Source: Geosiphon pyriformis uo1
Lineage: Eukaryota > Fungi > Glomeromycota
Reading direction: 5' to 3'
Assembly (NCBI GenBank): GCA_016748015.1
Contig: JAAOMT010000226.1
Span: 602,604 to 666,603, forward strand
Length of the DNA: 64,000 nt
Shown: in pieces, positions 1 through 12,468 of the stretch
How the letters are laid out: every line of letters begins with the position of its first letter
How positions within the stretch are numbered: position 1 is the first letter of the stretch
Notes under the pieces: model-generated
What the model was told of the DNA's origin: nothing
The model's database searches: none
What the model saw: only the letters and a program-made list of their open reading frames with translations
Position numbers and translations under genes: made by a program

Positions 1-135
1 ATACTATTACATATAGAGCTTTAAAATTTTGTGCCAATATATCAATTGGCCATCGAGTATTAACTTGATTGGATCTTTAGCACCTAAAAGTTGAACATCA
101 GTCATCTTTTTTCAAGATTCCTGGCTTATTCCAAG

Positions 136-1353
136 ATGACAACAAAAATTTTATCTACGGTAACGGGTCAAAACTTTAATCAAAAAGTTGATAAAATAAA
201 TTCTTTTGTCATGCGAGAATTTAAGAGACGGGGTTATGATAATTCTGCTGAAAATGTTTTATCACAAAAACCTTTGATTGTTGGAGTCAGTGGGCCTCAA
301 GGTTGTGGTAAGTGACAAGATCTTTTTTATTGTCAATTCTTGGAAATTAAATTATGGTTAATCGATCTGCAAGATTTTTGTGACCAAAAAGAAATTCAGA
401 ATTTAAATAATCTTTGGCATATTTACGCCAATTTATTAAAAGGTAAAACGACCTTATGTAACTACGTGGCTCAAACTCTTTCAACACAATTCCATTTAAA
501 CGTCATAACTTTCTCAATGGACGACTTTTATCTCACATATAATGCACAAAGATCTCTGTCGCTTGAAAATCCCGATAATAAACTATTAGAGTATCGTGGT
601 CTGCCTGGTACACATGATATCAGATTAGGCGCCAAAGTATTTGAGGATCTTTTTCGTTTACATTCAGATCAAAACCATTCAGCTCAAATCCCACACTACA
701 ATAAATCATTAAAGAATGGTAGAGGTGATCGTTCCCCTAAATTTCAATGGACGAAAATCCAAAAACCGGTTGATATAATTATTTTTGAAGGATGGTCATT
801 AGGGTTCAGATCACTTCCTATTGTTGTTCTTGAAACGATATATAAGAACGCTCAACAGAATTCTTCATCACATTTGCCATCTCATAAGTTTGAACATTTA
901 GTAGCGATTAATAGGTACCTTGCAAAATACGAAACAGATTGGTACCCTTTTTTAGATACTTTTATACATATGGATCCACTGGATATCAACTACGTTTATG
1001 AATGGCGATTGCAGCAAGAGCATACAATGCGCGCCAAAGGATTGGAAGGGATGACTGATGAACAAGTCAAGGATTTCGTGGATAGGTATATGCCAGCTTA
1101 TGAACTTTATTTACCGGGATTACGAGATGGATGTTTTTTTGTGAGATCTGGCGATTATTGCCAAGAAAGCTTAAATATGGCTCCTGCAGTGGGCTCTGTA
1201 GTAGTTCAAGTCGAAGTGGAGAAAGAACAATTAATTCAGGGATTCAAAAAGGTTGAGGGAAAATATTTGAAGATTGTGTTAAATCAGGAACGGGAGGTTG
1301 TCGCTGAAATCGAACTTAATCCATTGTCTCCGCAAAAGCTCTTATCATTATAA
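136..1353 (+). CDS. TDA10: P-loop kinase of the D-glycerate 3-kinase / yeast YGR205W family; exons 136-307, 443-1353
   Basis: A GT-AG intron at 308-442 (GTAAGT...AAAG) splits the Walker A motif; splicing gives VGVSGPQGCG/KT. Family motifs SMDDFY, RGLPGTHD, IIIFEGW, WRLQQEH and FVDRYMPAY are present. Confidence 0.88.
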
Positions 1354-1797
1354 AATCGAGGTTATCTTATCCATTTTGCAAATGATTAACGGGAAGATTG
1401 TCAAGAAAAACTTTAGAGTTTCTTAAATTCAATGTATAAAAAGATTTAAGTGAATTCCGATTGCGCAAAAATGATAAAATAGTGATCGTAGGAATTAAGA
1501 ATCAACCTGCGGACTCGGATGTGACAAAATACTTGTTTAGAGAATTGTCGGTACCGCTGTGTAAAGATCTTTGAGACTCAATTTTTCCACTACATGTCTA
1601 GAAACTTGCCCATATCCAAGATGGATTTGTGGCCATACTCAGTTTCGAAAATAACACGATTTAAAAACACAAACAGGAAACTCTTGTTTTCAGTGAAGGA
1701 GTCTGCATATTATATTCAGGTGCTTCATTCTTCGAACTCCTGGGTATTAGTTCAAAAAAAGGAAATTTTCTCTGCAGGGTATGATCAATAAAAATTG

Positions 1798-1814
1798 AAC
1801 GCGCTCAGACGCGT
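1798..1814 (+). promoter_or_regulatory. Candidate MCB-type cell-cycle boxes upstream of RCC1
   Basis: AACGCG at 1798-1803 and ACGCGT at 1809-1814, about 265 bp before the RCC1 ATG. Motif match only. Confidence 0.3.
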
Positions 1815-2076
1815 CGTCCGCATCGGTGTTCAAGTGAAATTAGTATCAATTATGATTGGTCAGCAGATCGAAGCTTTGGCATAAAATTGCACTTGAAGGA
1901 ATTCGAAAAACATCACACCTTTTTTAATTCCCTTCTGGCTTGATATTTTTTTGTTTTTATCCAGATAATTAAAAGGTCCAAGGCGTCCTTATAAATTTTT
2001 AGGCTTTCGTAAATTTTTGCTCAAACCTTGAGTATAACCCGACACCCAAACTATTCTATACAAAGTTTCTGCTAAA

Positions 2077-3681
2077 ATGCCAAAGCCCACTCGCACACAA
2101 CCTAAAAGAGCTCAGAAAACTCAAAAAACTCAAACAACTCAAACCAAAGGAAAAGCCACTCGTGGCCGACCGAAAAGACAACTAGCGTCTGAATCAAATA
2201 AAAAACAGAAAAAAGAAGCATCCGAACCAGTGGCTAAGAAAATCAAAAAGAACGAAAGAGAGGATTTGCTTGCAATACCAGAACTCCCTACCGAGACAGG
2301 AGGAATTTTGGTTGTCGGTGGGGGAGAATGTGGACAGCTCGGGATCGGAGAGTGGAGCGAAAGGCAAAAGATCACTGGAATTAAGTTTTTACAGGATAAA
2401 GAGATTGTGGATATCGCTGTAGGTCCGTTGCATAATGTTGCAATCAACCGCCAGGGAAAGGTAGTATAAATAGACATGATTTTCTGAGTGTATTGTAACT
2501 TGATTTGCTTCATTCTTATTTAATATACCTAGTTCGCCTACTAATTCGGTCTATTTGCCATAGATGTATACGTGGGGATGTAATGACCATGGTGCTCTTG
2601 GTCGCGTTACCGATGACGAAGATGAGCGAAGGCCAGGTTTAGCTGACGATCGTGAAATAAACGATGTAAAGATTGTCAAAGTAGCTTGTGGTGGCTCATT
2701 GACACTAGCATTATCCGATGAGGGAAAAGTATACGCAACAGGCACTTTCAAGGGAAGCAAACTTTTGGGATTATTGCATCAAATAAACTTTATTCTTTTA
2801 AATGCACTAACCTTAGTTTGTTTTGATTTTTCTAAATTTAGTCGGAAGACGGTATAATTGGCTATTCAAGAGGACAACCAAAACATCAACAGTTTAGATT
2901 CTCACTATACCAGCCTGCTTCTAAATTGAAAAAGGTTGTGGATATTGCTGCTGGTCTTAATCATGCAGTGTTGCTAACTTCGGAAGGCTATGTATACACT
3001 TTTGGATCATCTGAACAATGGCAATTAGCTCGTCGAGGCTCACCAAGATTCCCATCTCTCACTCTATTTCCCGAGATTGCTGGACAACTTAAAAACGTTG
3101 TTATTAAAAAGATTGGATGTGGCAACTTTCATACTTTGGCAGCTGATGAAGAAGGGCATATATACGCATGGGGTTTAAATAATGCTCGCCAATGTCTTAT
3201 AGATGAGGGTGACCACGTCAAAGTTCCAACAGAAATTCCTTTTTTCGAGGGTTCTCCAGTCAAACAATTGGCAGGGGGCTTGCATCACTCGGTTGTACTT
3301 TTAGAAAATGGGAAAGTTTATACATTTGGCGGTAAAGAAAATGGCAAACTAGGAATCGGAGGTGACCAGGAGTCGAATAAAGGATACCTTAAAGTTGAAG
3401 AACTCGCACCATTGAAATTTGATACGACTAAACCAATAACATCTATATCAGTTGGGGATTTCCACAACATTGCTTTGACTGATGATGGCCAAGTTTTCAC
3501 ATGGGGGGATAACGTCAGTTATCAATTGGCCAATGAATCTGAAGACATTGAATATGCGCCATGTTATGTTGATTCTCACAGATTTGAGAATGAATACTTT
3601 ATTAAGGCTATTGGCGCTGGGTCTCAGCACTCTGTTTTCTTCGGGCTAAAACGTGAAAAAAATGACTCTTCAAATACATAG
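2077..3681 (+). CDS. RCC1: Ran guanine-nucleotide exchange factor RCC1/Pim1/Prp20; exons 2077-2460, 2564-2752, 2842-3681 (second donor uncertain)
   Basis: Basic N-terminal tail followed by RCC1 repeats (GGGECGQLG, YTWGCNDHGALGR, VACGGS, AAGLNH, CGNFH, AGGLHH, VGDFH, GAGSQH). Intron 1 at 2461-2563 is GT-AG. Intron 2 is bounded by GTFK/SEDGIIGY. Confidence 0.9.
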
Positions 3682-4149
3682 TCGAATTCTCATTCAAACC
3701 TACTTTTTAAATTAAAAAGTGATCAAATAAATCAATTTTTCAGAGCGATGAGGTAATATCAATGGCGGAATTGTCTTAGCTAAATTATAATCATAAATTA
3801 GATGCCAGATATTAAAGCGTTAATGTTTAGAATTTTGTTGTAATTTAACATTTTTTTTATTGTCGGTTACGTTGTTCCAGCTTAGCTGTTAATATTACAA
3901 GTGCAAGGATTGAGTTTTCTTGAATGATATCAAGTCAAAAATGACTAAATCAGAAAGAGAAATGGTTGGTTGGAAGTTCAGTCTACTAATTACGATACGA
4001 AATCAAGAGTATTCTATTCAATTTGGATGATCTTTTGAGACAGATAATGAAACTATAAATTACTAGTTTTATTTGGTTTTGATCTTTCTCCATAAATGTA
4101 ATATAAAGAACACTCAACAAAGAATATTTTTTTGGTCCATACCCAACAG

Positions 4150-4764
4150 TCAAGCCAATGGGCACAAAGCTTTAGAGCGAGCAAAATTCATGAACGGATG
4201 GCCGGCATCGTACCAACGATGCTCAGCTCAAGAAATCAAGTTGGGATCTTCTAATTTAATGTCATCGTCCTTTTTGCCAAAGTGAAGTTGAGTCAAGATT
4301 TTGATCTCGGAGGGGATAACTGATTGCAAAATCAATTCAAAAATTATTTAACGAAAGATAAATGAGATTAGTTGAAAGTGGCAAATATCAGACATTTAAA
4401 GAAGTACCATAAAATGAAGGAGGGATTAATTTCTGTAAGTTGGCCGCAACGACACCATCCAAACAAATTCCCTTTTTGAAAGCTTTAGATTACAAAAGCT
4501 GCCAGCCATGAGTTTATTCATCACGTGATGTGTCTCATCAGGAGTGAGTGCGATCTTTGTTACGGATCTTAAGAAAGGAAAATCATGATTTGCATGAGTA
4601 CAATGGGTGATCCTTTGTAGATAGGTGTTGGTAAAAGAAAATTTACATAATTGCCATCCAGCCCAAGAGAATTGAATTATTAATATTAAACCAAAAAATG
4701 AATTTGATTTTTCCTTCATGAGTCGATCTATATCTTTGCAGCGGACAAAATATATGGATATCAT
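4150..4764 (-). pseudogene. Dienelactone hydrolase (Usf-like alpha/beta hydrolase) pseudogene
   Basis: Collinear DLH-like motifs across frames: LILIIQFSW (~VVIQEWW), KIALTPDETHHVMNKL, GICLDG (~GFCMGG, 4471-4454), SFY|VIP across a GT-AG intron at 4407-4320, QLHFGKKDD and AEHRWYDAGHPFMN. There is a frameshift near 4490 and an in-frame TGA at 4230-4228. Confidence 0.7.
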
Positions 4765-5054
4765 TCTAAAAATGTCCGTTCCTGAATCACAGTCACCACG
4801 ACCAAAAAGCATCGATAATTCACAAAACCTGAAGTACTTTTGGTTCAAAAGAGATAACTAAAAGTTTTCTCTGAAGGGGCGTGAAATTTCATATATACGA
4901 ATTAAAAAAGGAATTTAATTAATGGTGAAATCCAATCAATACCGGGTATTTGCATAACATCAACACAATAATTATGGGTTTAAAGTTACACAAAGAAAAG
5001 GGGAAATAAAAAAAGTAGTGCTAAGAGAAACAAGGCCTAAGAAAACGAGCAATT

Positions 5055-7142
5055 ATGTTCTGTGCTAGTAAGCTGATTTTTCAACACTATTTTTCCTTCT
5101 TTCCTTGCTTATAAACTTCTCACCCTTCGTCGTTTCTAGGGACTAACTACAACTCTTTGAAACAGTTTCTGGTGAACCTCCACAGGAACCCGTGGTTTCG
5201 AAAAAGTCCGGTCACGTCTATGAGAAGAGACTAATCTTCAAATATTTGGCCGATAATGGCAAAGACCCTATCACCGGTGAAGATACTGTGGAAGAAGATT
5301 TAGTGGATATTAAAATAAGTAGGTTTTTATTCGTGAGAGTGAAAATTCTTATTTGATCTAAATACTTGAAGTCTTTGTAAATTTTTTAATGAAAGTACAT
5401 CTCAAAGATTTTTTCATCCTGTATTTTCAATTCGAATTAACATTTACGCAGAGAAATATAATCCCATCCCATTAATAATAGTTTCAAATTATTAATAACT
5501 AATAAATTTAAATATGCTTGACACATTAACGTCCCAACCAGATCCAAAAACGGTGAAACCGCGTCCAGCTTCATTGACTTCTGTTCCCTCCTTAATCTCT
5601 GCTTTCCAAACTGAGTGGGACAGCCTTATGTTAGAAACTTATGAGCTCAAGCAACAATATCAACAAGTCCGACAAGAATTAAGCCATGCGCTATATTCAC
5701 ACGATGCTGCATGCAGAGTCATAGCGAGATTAATGAAAGAAAGGGATGCTGCACGAGAGTTAGTATACTTAAAAAATCTTTTCAATGCTTTGTGCAAAGA
5801 AATCCAAACAATAAAATTTTTTACAATTAATCAAAGTGCTCTTGCCAATGTCCAAGCCCATATTAACGTGCCGCCTCCCCCATCAGACGCTGCTGTCCCT
5901 GAAGGTGGACAACCGATGGATACTGGGGAGGATGAAACCGGTATCAACGACAAAGTGATCCAAAGACTAACTGAAACAAGTGAGATGTAAGTATTTTTCA
6001 CTTTATAAACCATATCTTGCATGTTTATCATGTTCCAACATAATTTTACTGTCTTTAGTTTGTCGAAGACCCGTAAAAAAAGAAAAGCACCCCCTAATCT
6101 CGCCAGCGTGGATGAAGTCAAAAACTACAGACAGATTTCCTACGTACCATCCCTTCACAAAACAACTTCCCCCGGTATCACCTGTTTGGATCTTGATGAA
6201 ACCGAGACATTCGTTCTGACCGGTGGCAATGATAGAATTGTCCAGATTTATCAAAGAGAAGAAGAGACTGTTGTTGGTGTTCTGAAAGGGCATACCAAAA
6301 AAATTACGGATGTTTTGTGGCATCGTAAAGGATCTAGTGAGGAAGGTGATATCGCGTTTTCAGCAAGTGCTGATAAAACTGTGAAAATATGGCGGCCCGC
6401 AGAAAAAGGATATGTAAATTCTAAGACAATAAACGTGCATACGCAGGAAGTGACAGGAATCGGTTTACACGCAACCAAGGATTATCTTGTATCTGTTTCC
6501 CTTGATTCTACATGGGCTTTTCATGATATTGAAACCGGAAGCACGCTTATCAAGGTCGAATGTAATGAAGTGAATAATGGTTATTCGTCAGTAGAGTTTC
6601 ATCCTGATGGGCTCATTCTTGGAACCGGTACAAATGACTCGGTTGTTCGTATTTGGGACATGAAAAGCCAAACCAATGTTGCGTCATTTGAAGGTCATAC
6701 CGGTCGCGTCACATCACTGTCCTTTTCCGAAAATGGTTATTATCTTGCGACGGCTTCAGAAGATAATCTAGTCAAATTATGGGATTTAAGAAAATTGGAT
6801 AATTTCAAGACAATAACTCTAGGCGAAGGTGCAAAGGTGAATAAAGTGGCGTGGGATTTGAGCGGCAACTATTTAGCTGCTGGTGGGACAGACGTGAGGT
6901 ACGTAATTGGGAATCAAAACATGTCTTTTAGTATTGAATCGAGTGGGCTGGATTTTTAAGCTTTGGCTTCTATACTTAGAATATTTCAAGCCAAAACCTG
7001 GAATGAGCTTGCGGTGCTCACAGGAAATGCTGCTGAGATCACTGACCTGAAATTTGAGCGGTTGGTAAAACACCTTGTTGTTGGTGGATTAGATCGTACC
7101 TTACGGTTTTATGGTGTTCCTATTGATGAAGAAGAAGGATAA
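5055..7142 (+). CDS. PRP19: Pre-mRNA processing factor 19 (U-box, coiled coil, WD40); exons 5055-5067, 5166-5318, 5542-5758, 5837-5986, 6059-6898, 6980-7142
   Basis: Spliced start [28 protein letters not shown] is the U-box. [11 protein letters not shown]...[21 protein letters not shown] is the Prp19 coiled coil. WD40 repeats include [11 protein letters not shown] and [10 protein letters not shown]. All five introns are GT-AG and in phase. Confidence 0.96.
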
Positions 7143-7943
7143 AGATATAAGATTGACAACATGTTTCTATCAGGATTCTTTTTTGCATTCATATATTAGG
7201 TGGCGAAACCAGTGAATTTCGAATTCATAAAAGTATGACCAAAATTTTTTGATTAGATGAATCAAATTTATTATACAATATTTTCAAGGTCTTATGTTAA
7301 ACACAAAATGAAAGTTATAGGCACCTAATTTTAAGAAATAATTTGATGGATTGTCATTCTAATAATTATAAAAGCTTAATATTCCCGACCACACTAGAAA
7401 ACTTAAACATCACTGGATAGTTGCATGCAGGATCCATGTATCATTAAAATGTTTACATTGTGAGCACCCTAATCATATGATAATCTCATTCACCCCAAGT
7501 TCATGACAGATTACCAATGATCATGGTAAATGAGCTATGTCACAGTCAGCTTGTGAAAAATTGTTATTAAAGTGATCGCGATCAAGCGCTTTCTTAATTT
7601 ATTATCACATTGATTCATGTGTTGGAGATTAATTTGTTAAATTGCACATAACAAAGGAATATTTGGTCAACAAAACGAATGCCTTACAAAAGCTCAATAA
7701 ATAAGGTTTCATCGTATTCACACTGCAATCGATCATTTTTATTGATTCAATGTAAAATGCAAAAGCGTCGGACTATAAAAGCGCCAAACGCTGTTTTAAA
7801 CTATCTACAATGGGTAAAGGATTTAGCAAAGGAATTATGGAGTTCTAAAGGTGTGTATTTGCATTATATATATGTAACATTAATGTTCGAGTGGCAAACT
7901 CGTCGTTGTAAATAGTATTTTTTGTCATGATATTTTTCATATT

Positions 7944-10900
7944 CTAATAATCCTCTAGCTTATTTACGTTTTCTTCTTTTATTTTAATTATGATATTTTC
8001 GTCGTCGCTGCCACTCGTCTCTTTAGGAAGTACCCTAGGGGGAGCGGGGGATATTGGGATGACAAGAGTCCCATCAAGTTTCGTTCGAGGTAAACGAATT
8101 TTTGGTTCTTTCGCAAACTCTGGTGGTAATAGATTATCCTTGAACTTTGACAAGTTTTTATAGCAACCAACTAATGTCGCGTTCACTACACCAGCTGCTG
8201 CTGCAACATCTCGATGTTCACATTTAATTTGGTTTCGATCATTTGTGTTATTCCAAGTGGTTATTGCTAGCCAAATCGAAGCGGCACCGACCGAGACAGG
8301 ACACTTACCGGTGGTGATATTCAATGAACTGGCTTGTTTGTAGACATGAATAGAAGCCTCAAGGATATGGTCTGGTAGTTTTAAATTTTGACACCAACGT
8401 TTCTATGAAATTGAATTTTGAATGAGAATAAGCAAATATAAATGTGGACCACAAAATTATGTTTTGAAATTAACTTACGAGAAATTCAGCAGAATCTACC
8501 ATTCTCAATGATGGTCCATTTCCACCAGTACACAATCCATTATTTTCAAAAACTTTGAGCATTAATCGATAATAAGTTCCAATTTCCTGCTTTCTAACAC
8601 CAGCCGCATTACATATTTCCACAAAGGTTCTCGGAAGACCATGTTTACGGCATAAAATTAATAGGATAGAAGCAAGGATATGATTACGTCTACGGTGAGG
8701 TTGACGATTTTTCATCTCCTTGGATTGTTTAACCAATTCAAATAAACTCAAGGTTTCATCCCAAATCGATTGAGGAATCTCGATATTCTTTTCCCACTCG
8801 ATTTTTTCCAATTCTATCTTCTCATCTGAAGAATCTTTTAAAGTCGATTTCCGTTTAGGGGGACAAGGAGGTCTTTTACTATTCGTAGTAGATTCGGGAA
8901 TAACCTCGATGACTGGTTCAACTTTTTGTTCAATAGGTGGTTGAGGCAAAGTTTCATAAGTACTAATCGCGGATCCAGATTCTGTGTTCTTTGGACTACC
9001 GCTACTGTTAGATGTAGATGAACTTTTTCGAGATAAAGAACGAGTGGGAACAGATGATGATGATGATGATGATGAGGTGGCGGAAGAGGTAGTAGTTAAT
9101 AACTTTGTTGTGGAATCGGTTGAAGGTTCATAATATGTTAAGGATGAAGGAGAGGAATATACAGGCTCCTTTTCATTTTTAAAGGTTTGCTTCGAATTAT
9201 TGTCAGAGCGAGGGAGGAGTGAGGAAGGTAATTCAACCAGTATTTCTTCTTCCTCTTCTTCCTCCGTTAACATATCGTCACTATCCCAAGCACCAGATGG
9301 AACGGCATTAACCTCTGGAGTAGGTGATTTACATGGAGAACCTTTGTGCTTCGATTCTGTTTCATCTTGGGGATTATCGTCATCATCCATTGCTAAATCA
9401 TCATCAGAATTTTCGTGCAATTCATTTTCCGGTTTCACCATCTCGGCAGCGAAGAGAATGGAATCGAAATGATTTTCCGATTTTGTAACTGGTATATTAT
9501 TGAATTGGTTGATATTGGTGTTGTTTTTCCCGTTTCTCAAAGATTCCGTAAAAGTTGGTTTGATTTCTGCTTTTGCCATTCCTTCTTTCGAGAAATCTTG
9601 TAGGTCATTAAGGCACGGTTGAGGTTCATTATTGGAGACAAAGTGAGAAATCGAAACGGAGATATTCTCATTGCTGGCACGTCTAGTATCCATCATTGAC
9701 TGTAATATCATGATTGTTGCCTGCTCTTTTTCAGTAATTTCAGGATCAGATGTTGAAATAATAACCGGTTCTCCTATTGATACAGACATTTTTGTTATTT
9801 CAGTCTTTACAACAGGTGCAACTGATTCGACAACTTGTGGAGTTTGTTCTGGAATCTTTTGGATGGGTGCAATTGGTTTGACAACTTGCAAAGGTTTTCC
9901 TACACCTTCTATAAGCTCCACGATTTCGGAAGAGAATTTGCTTTCAGTTGGTGATAGCTGACTCTGCAGTTTCCATCTTTTACTGAGTATTTGATCAGAT
10001 GTAGGTGATTCGATCGGAAAATCACGTTTAAGATTTTGGAACATGGATTCTTTTTGAGATATCTTTGTAGGGGATGGTTTTAAAGGAATCGGATTATCGT
10101 TATCATCAGGTATAATGACGGCAAATAATTTTTGACCTTCGATATCCTTTGTACCTTTTTTGAATCGTTGAACAGAAGGTGAGGAGCGGGAAGTTCCATT
10201 TTTATGTGAATCTGTTGAGGGGGATGGAATAACATAAGGAACAAATACAGAGATCTCAGGTGAAGGAGGTTGTGGTGAGTATGAAACAGTCCTTTTTGGT
10301 TCAGAAATTTGTTTTAATTCGCTGGGAGTGGTAGAAATGGAATAATCATTCTGATTGTGTGAATTGATTGATGATACAGGGGAAGATTGCGAAAATTGAT
10401 ATTCCTTTGGGGGGGTAGCATCGTAATGATAAGGATAATAGGTAGAAGACTGTTGCCCAAATACAGGCGGGTAAACGAGAGATTGTGTTGACTCCTGATG
10501 CTCATCTGGATATGTACGAGTGGCTTGTTGTGTCTGTTGAGTTTGGGATGTGTTGAATTGTCTCCAAGGTTTTTCAATTACATCACGATCACGACGGCTT
10601 GACAAGGAATTTGAATCTCCATGGGCAATAGTAGACATTGATTTACGACGCTTTATTGATGCAACAGAATCACGACGGACCATGTGATCAACAGATTCCC
10701 GTCGATCTTGTTCGATTAAAGTACGGTTAGGTTTTTCTTGTAGTGGTATTTGCCGAGAAGATTTTTTCTCAACATACTTGGAGTGAGCCTGAGAATAGTA
10801 TTGATCATTAGAAATATAAATATGAGAAGAATTTGGTTGCGATCGTTCTAATGAGCCAGTCGAAGAAGGGGGATACGACAGAGGAGAACGATTTACTTCG

Positions 10901-11359
10901 GGTACATCATATAGAGTTCTAGATAAGGGAGAATAATTTGGTTCTGGTAATACAACTGGAGAGCTAGAATTTAATAAAGATGGGTGATTTGGTTGTGAAT
11001 CACACCGTAATGCATTGTTATAAAGTGACCTATAATTGAAAGAATTTGAATTGGGATTAGGTAGAATTGGTGTTGGTGGAGGATTATCGTAGTTTCTTGA
11101 TATAATTGGAGATTGAAGCAACTGTTCTCTAACTCCTGGGTTTGGTTCTGATCGAATCAAATCTCTGATAGATGGAAGGGTGACATGAGACTGTTGAAAT
11201 TCATAAGATTGATGCTGTTGTGAAGGTTGTTGATGATAGAGGTGCCTATACTCGCGTGATTGAGAATATTCATTTGTATGAAAGTGATTGTGGTATAAAT
11301 TGGTTTGTTGTTGTTGTTGTTGTTGTTGGTATTGTTGGTATTGTTGGTATTGTTGTTGG

Positions 11360-11417
<58 letters not shown>

Positions 11418-11511
11418 GCTGTTGCTGTAGCTGTAGCTGTTGATTTTGTTGGTAATGATAATGATATTGACCTTGGATGTGTTGATGGTCAATATTTAAT
11501 GATTGTTCCAT
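7944..11511 (-). CDS. TFIIB-related protein (~1163 aa): long Q/S/P-rich disordered N-terminus plus two C-terminal TFIIB cyclin-fold repeats; exons 11511-8479, 8402-7944
   Basis: Repeat 1: ILASILLILCRKHGLPRTFVEICNAAGVRKQEIGTYY. Repeat 2, after a GT-AG intron at 8478-8403: SAEFLKRWCQNLKLP...GKCPVSVGAASIWLA...DVAAAAGVVNATLVGCYKNL. Both match TFIIB core motifs (PRTFKEI, GRSPISVAAA). Confidence 0.8.
11305..11445 (-). repeat. Coding (CAA)n polyglutamine tract
   Basis: (TTG)n on the plus strand, read as a long Q run with H/Y interruptions in the TFIIB-like ORF. Confidence 0.95.
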
Positions 11512-12422
11512 TCTTTTTAATGCTAACTGTGATTCTGAATATCTTTTAGTGTGAAATTCGTTCTGCTATTATTAATAGCTTTTATTGGTGCGGTTTTGTT
11601 AATCAAAATTTTGGTTAAAAATAATTAATAATTAAAATAAATCCCTATATAAACTCATAATGTGAATGTATAGTATTTCGAGGTTTTCTTCCGAAAAAAA
11701 GGGACAAAAAATCGCCAGACTGTTAAAAAAGGGATTTAAAGAAAAAAAAAATTTTTTAACTCCCTGAGCCGAAAAATTAGAAGCGGAGAGAGTGTGTATT
11801 TATACCCATTTGTATGTACCATTTGAGGTTATACAAATCTTCTATGTGGAACCATAACCAAAACAAAAATGATTGTGATGCAATTGTGGAAAACAGACTA
11901 AAAATGCAGATTGTGACACATTAGACATTTTATAGTGTCACTCATATTGCTGCACAATAGTCGCTAGTAAGTTTTGTAAAACTTAATTTATTTAAGCGAT
12001 ATTAAATAGGGCACAAAGTTCTTTGGCTCAAAAAAATTACTAAGAATTATTAAGCTTTCGTGATTAGAATGATTATATGTATGATAATTTCTTAATTTAT
12101 TTTCTTTATATAAATAATAAAAATTAAAGAGAATGTTCATTCATTGACCATTCAAATTGAAAAATAAATGGTTAATATTTCACCTTATAGTATTTTTGTG
12201 GCTCCTTTTCTGTATCGTCGATCGTGAGACACAGACACTGCCTTTTTCCCCAAAAAATAAGAGATCTCCGGAAATAATATTTGTTCACGTGATCACTTGG
12301 TTTCTTATGTTCATTAAATTGGGGCGAAGCAAAAAGACTATCAATAAAAACACTGATAAAACTAAAACTTTAAATATCAATTATTCTGTCCTACCTAATG
12401 AAACACGGGTAATCAATAATTT

Positions 12423-12468
12423 GATGATGATGATTATGATGATGATGATGATTATGATGATGATTATG
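12423..12468. repeat. (GAT)n microsatellite with TAT interruptions
   Basis: Seen directly in the sequence. Confidence 0.85.

Noticed and set aside
91-442. ORF-track N-termini at 91 and 340
   Set aside because: Both are TTG starts, one in the UTR and one in the intron. Splicing from ATG 136 restores the Walker A motif.
4150-4230. In-frame TGA plus a GCATCGT/ACGATGC hairpin as selenocysteine or readthrough recoding
   Set aside because: No properly paired SECIS core, the TGA is not at a catalytic Cys position, and the locus has other disabling lesions.
4520-4765. CTGATGAG (hammerhead or box C) and ATATCCAT (U12-like donor) on the minus strand
   Set aside because: No matching GAAA core or stems, and the U12 consensus is imperfect. 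The region is explained by the hydrolase pseudogene.
9200-11549. Antisense and alternate-frame ORFs (poly-V, poly-N, Ser-rich) over the TFIIB-like gene
   Set aside because: Shadow ORFs produced by trinucleotide repeats and low complexity.
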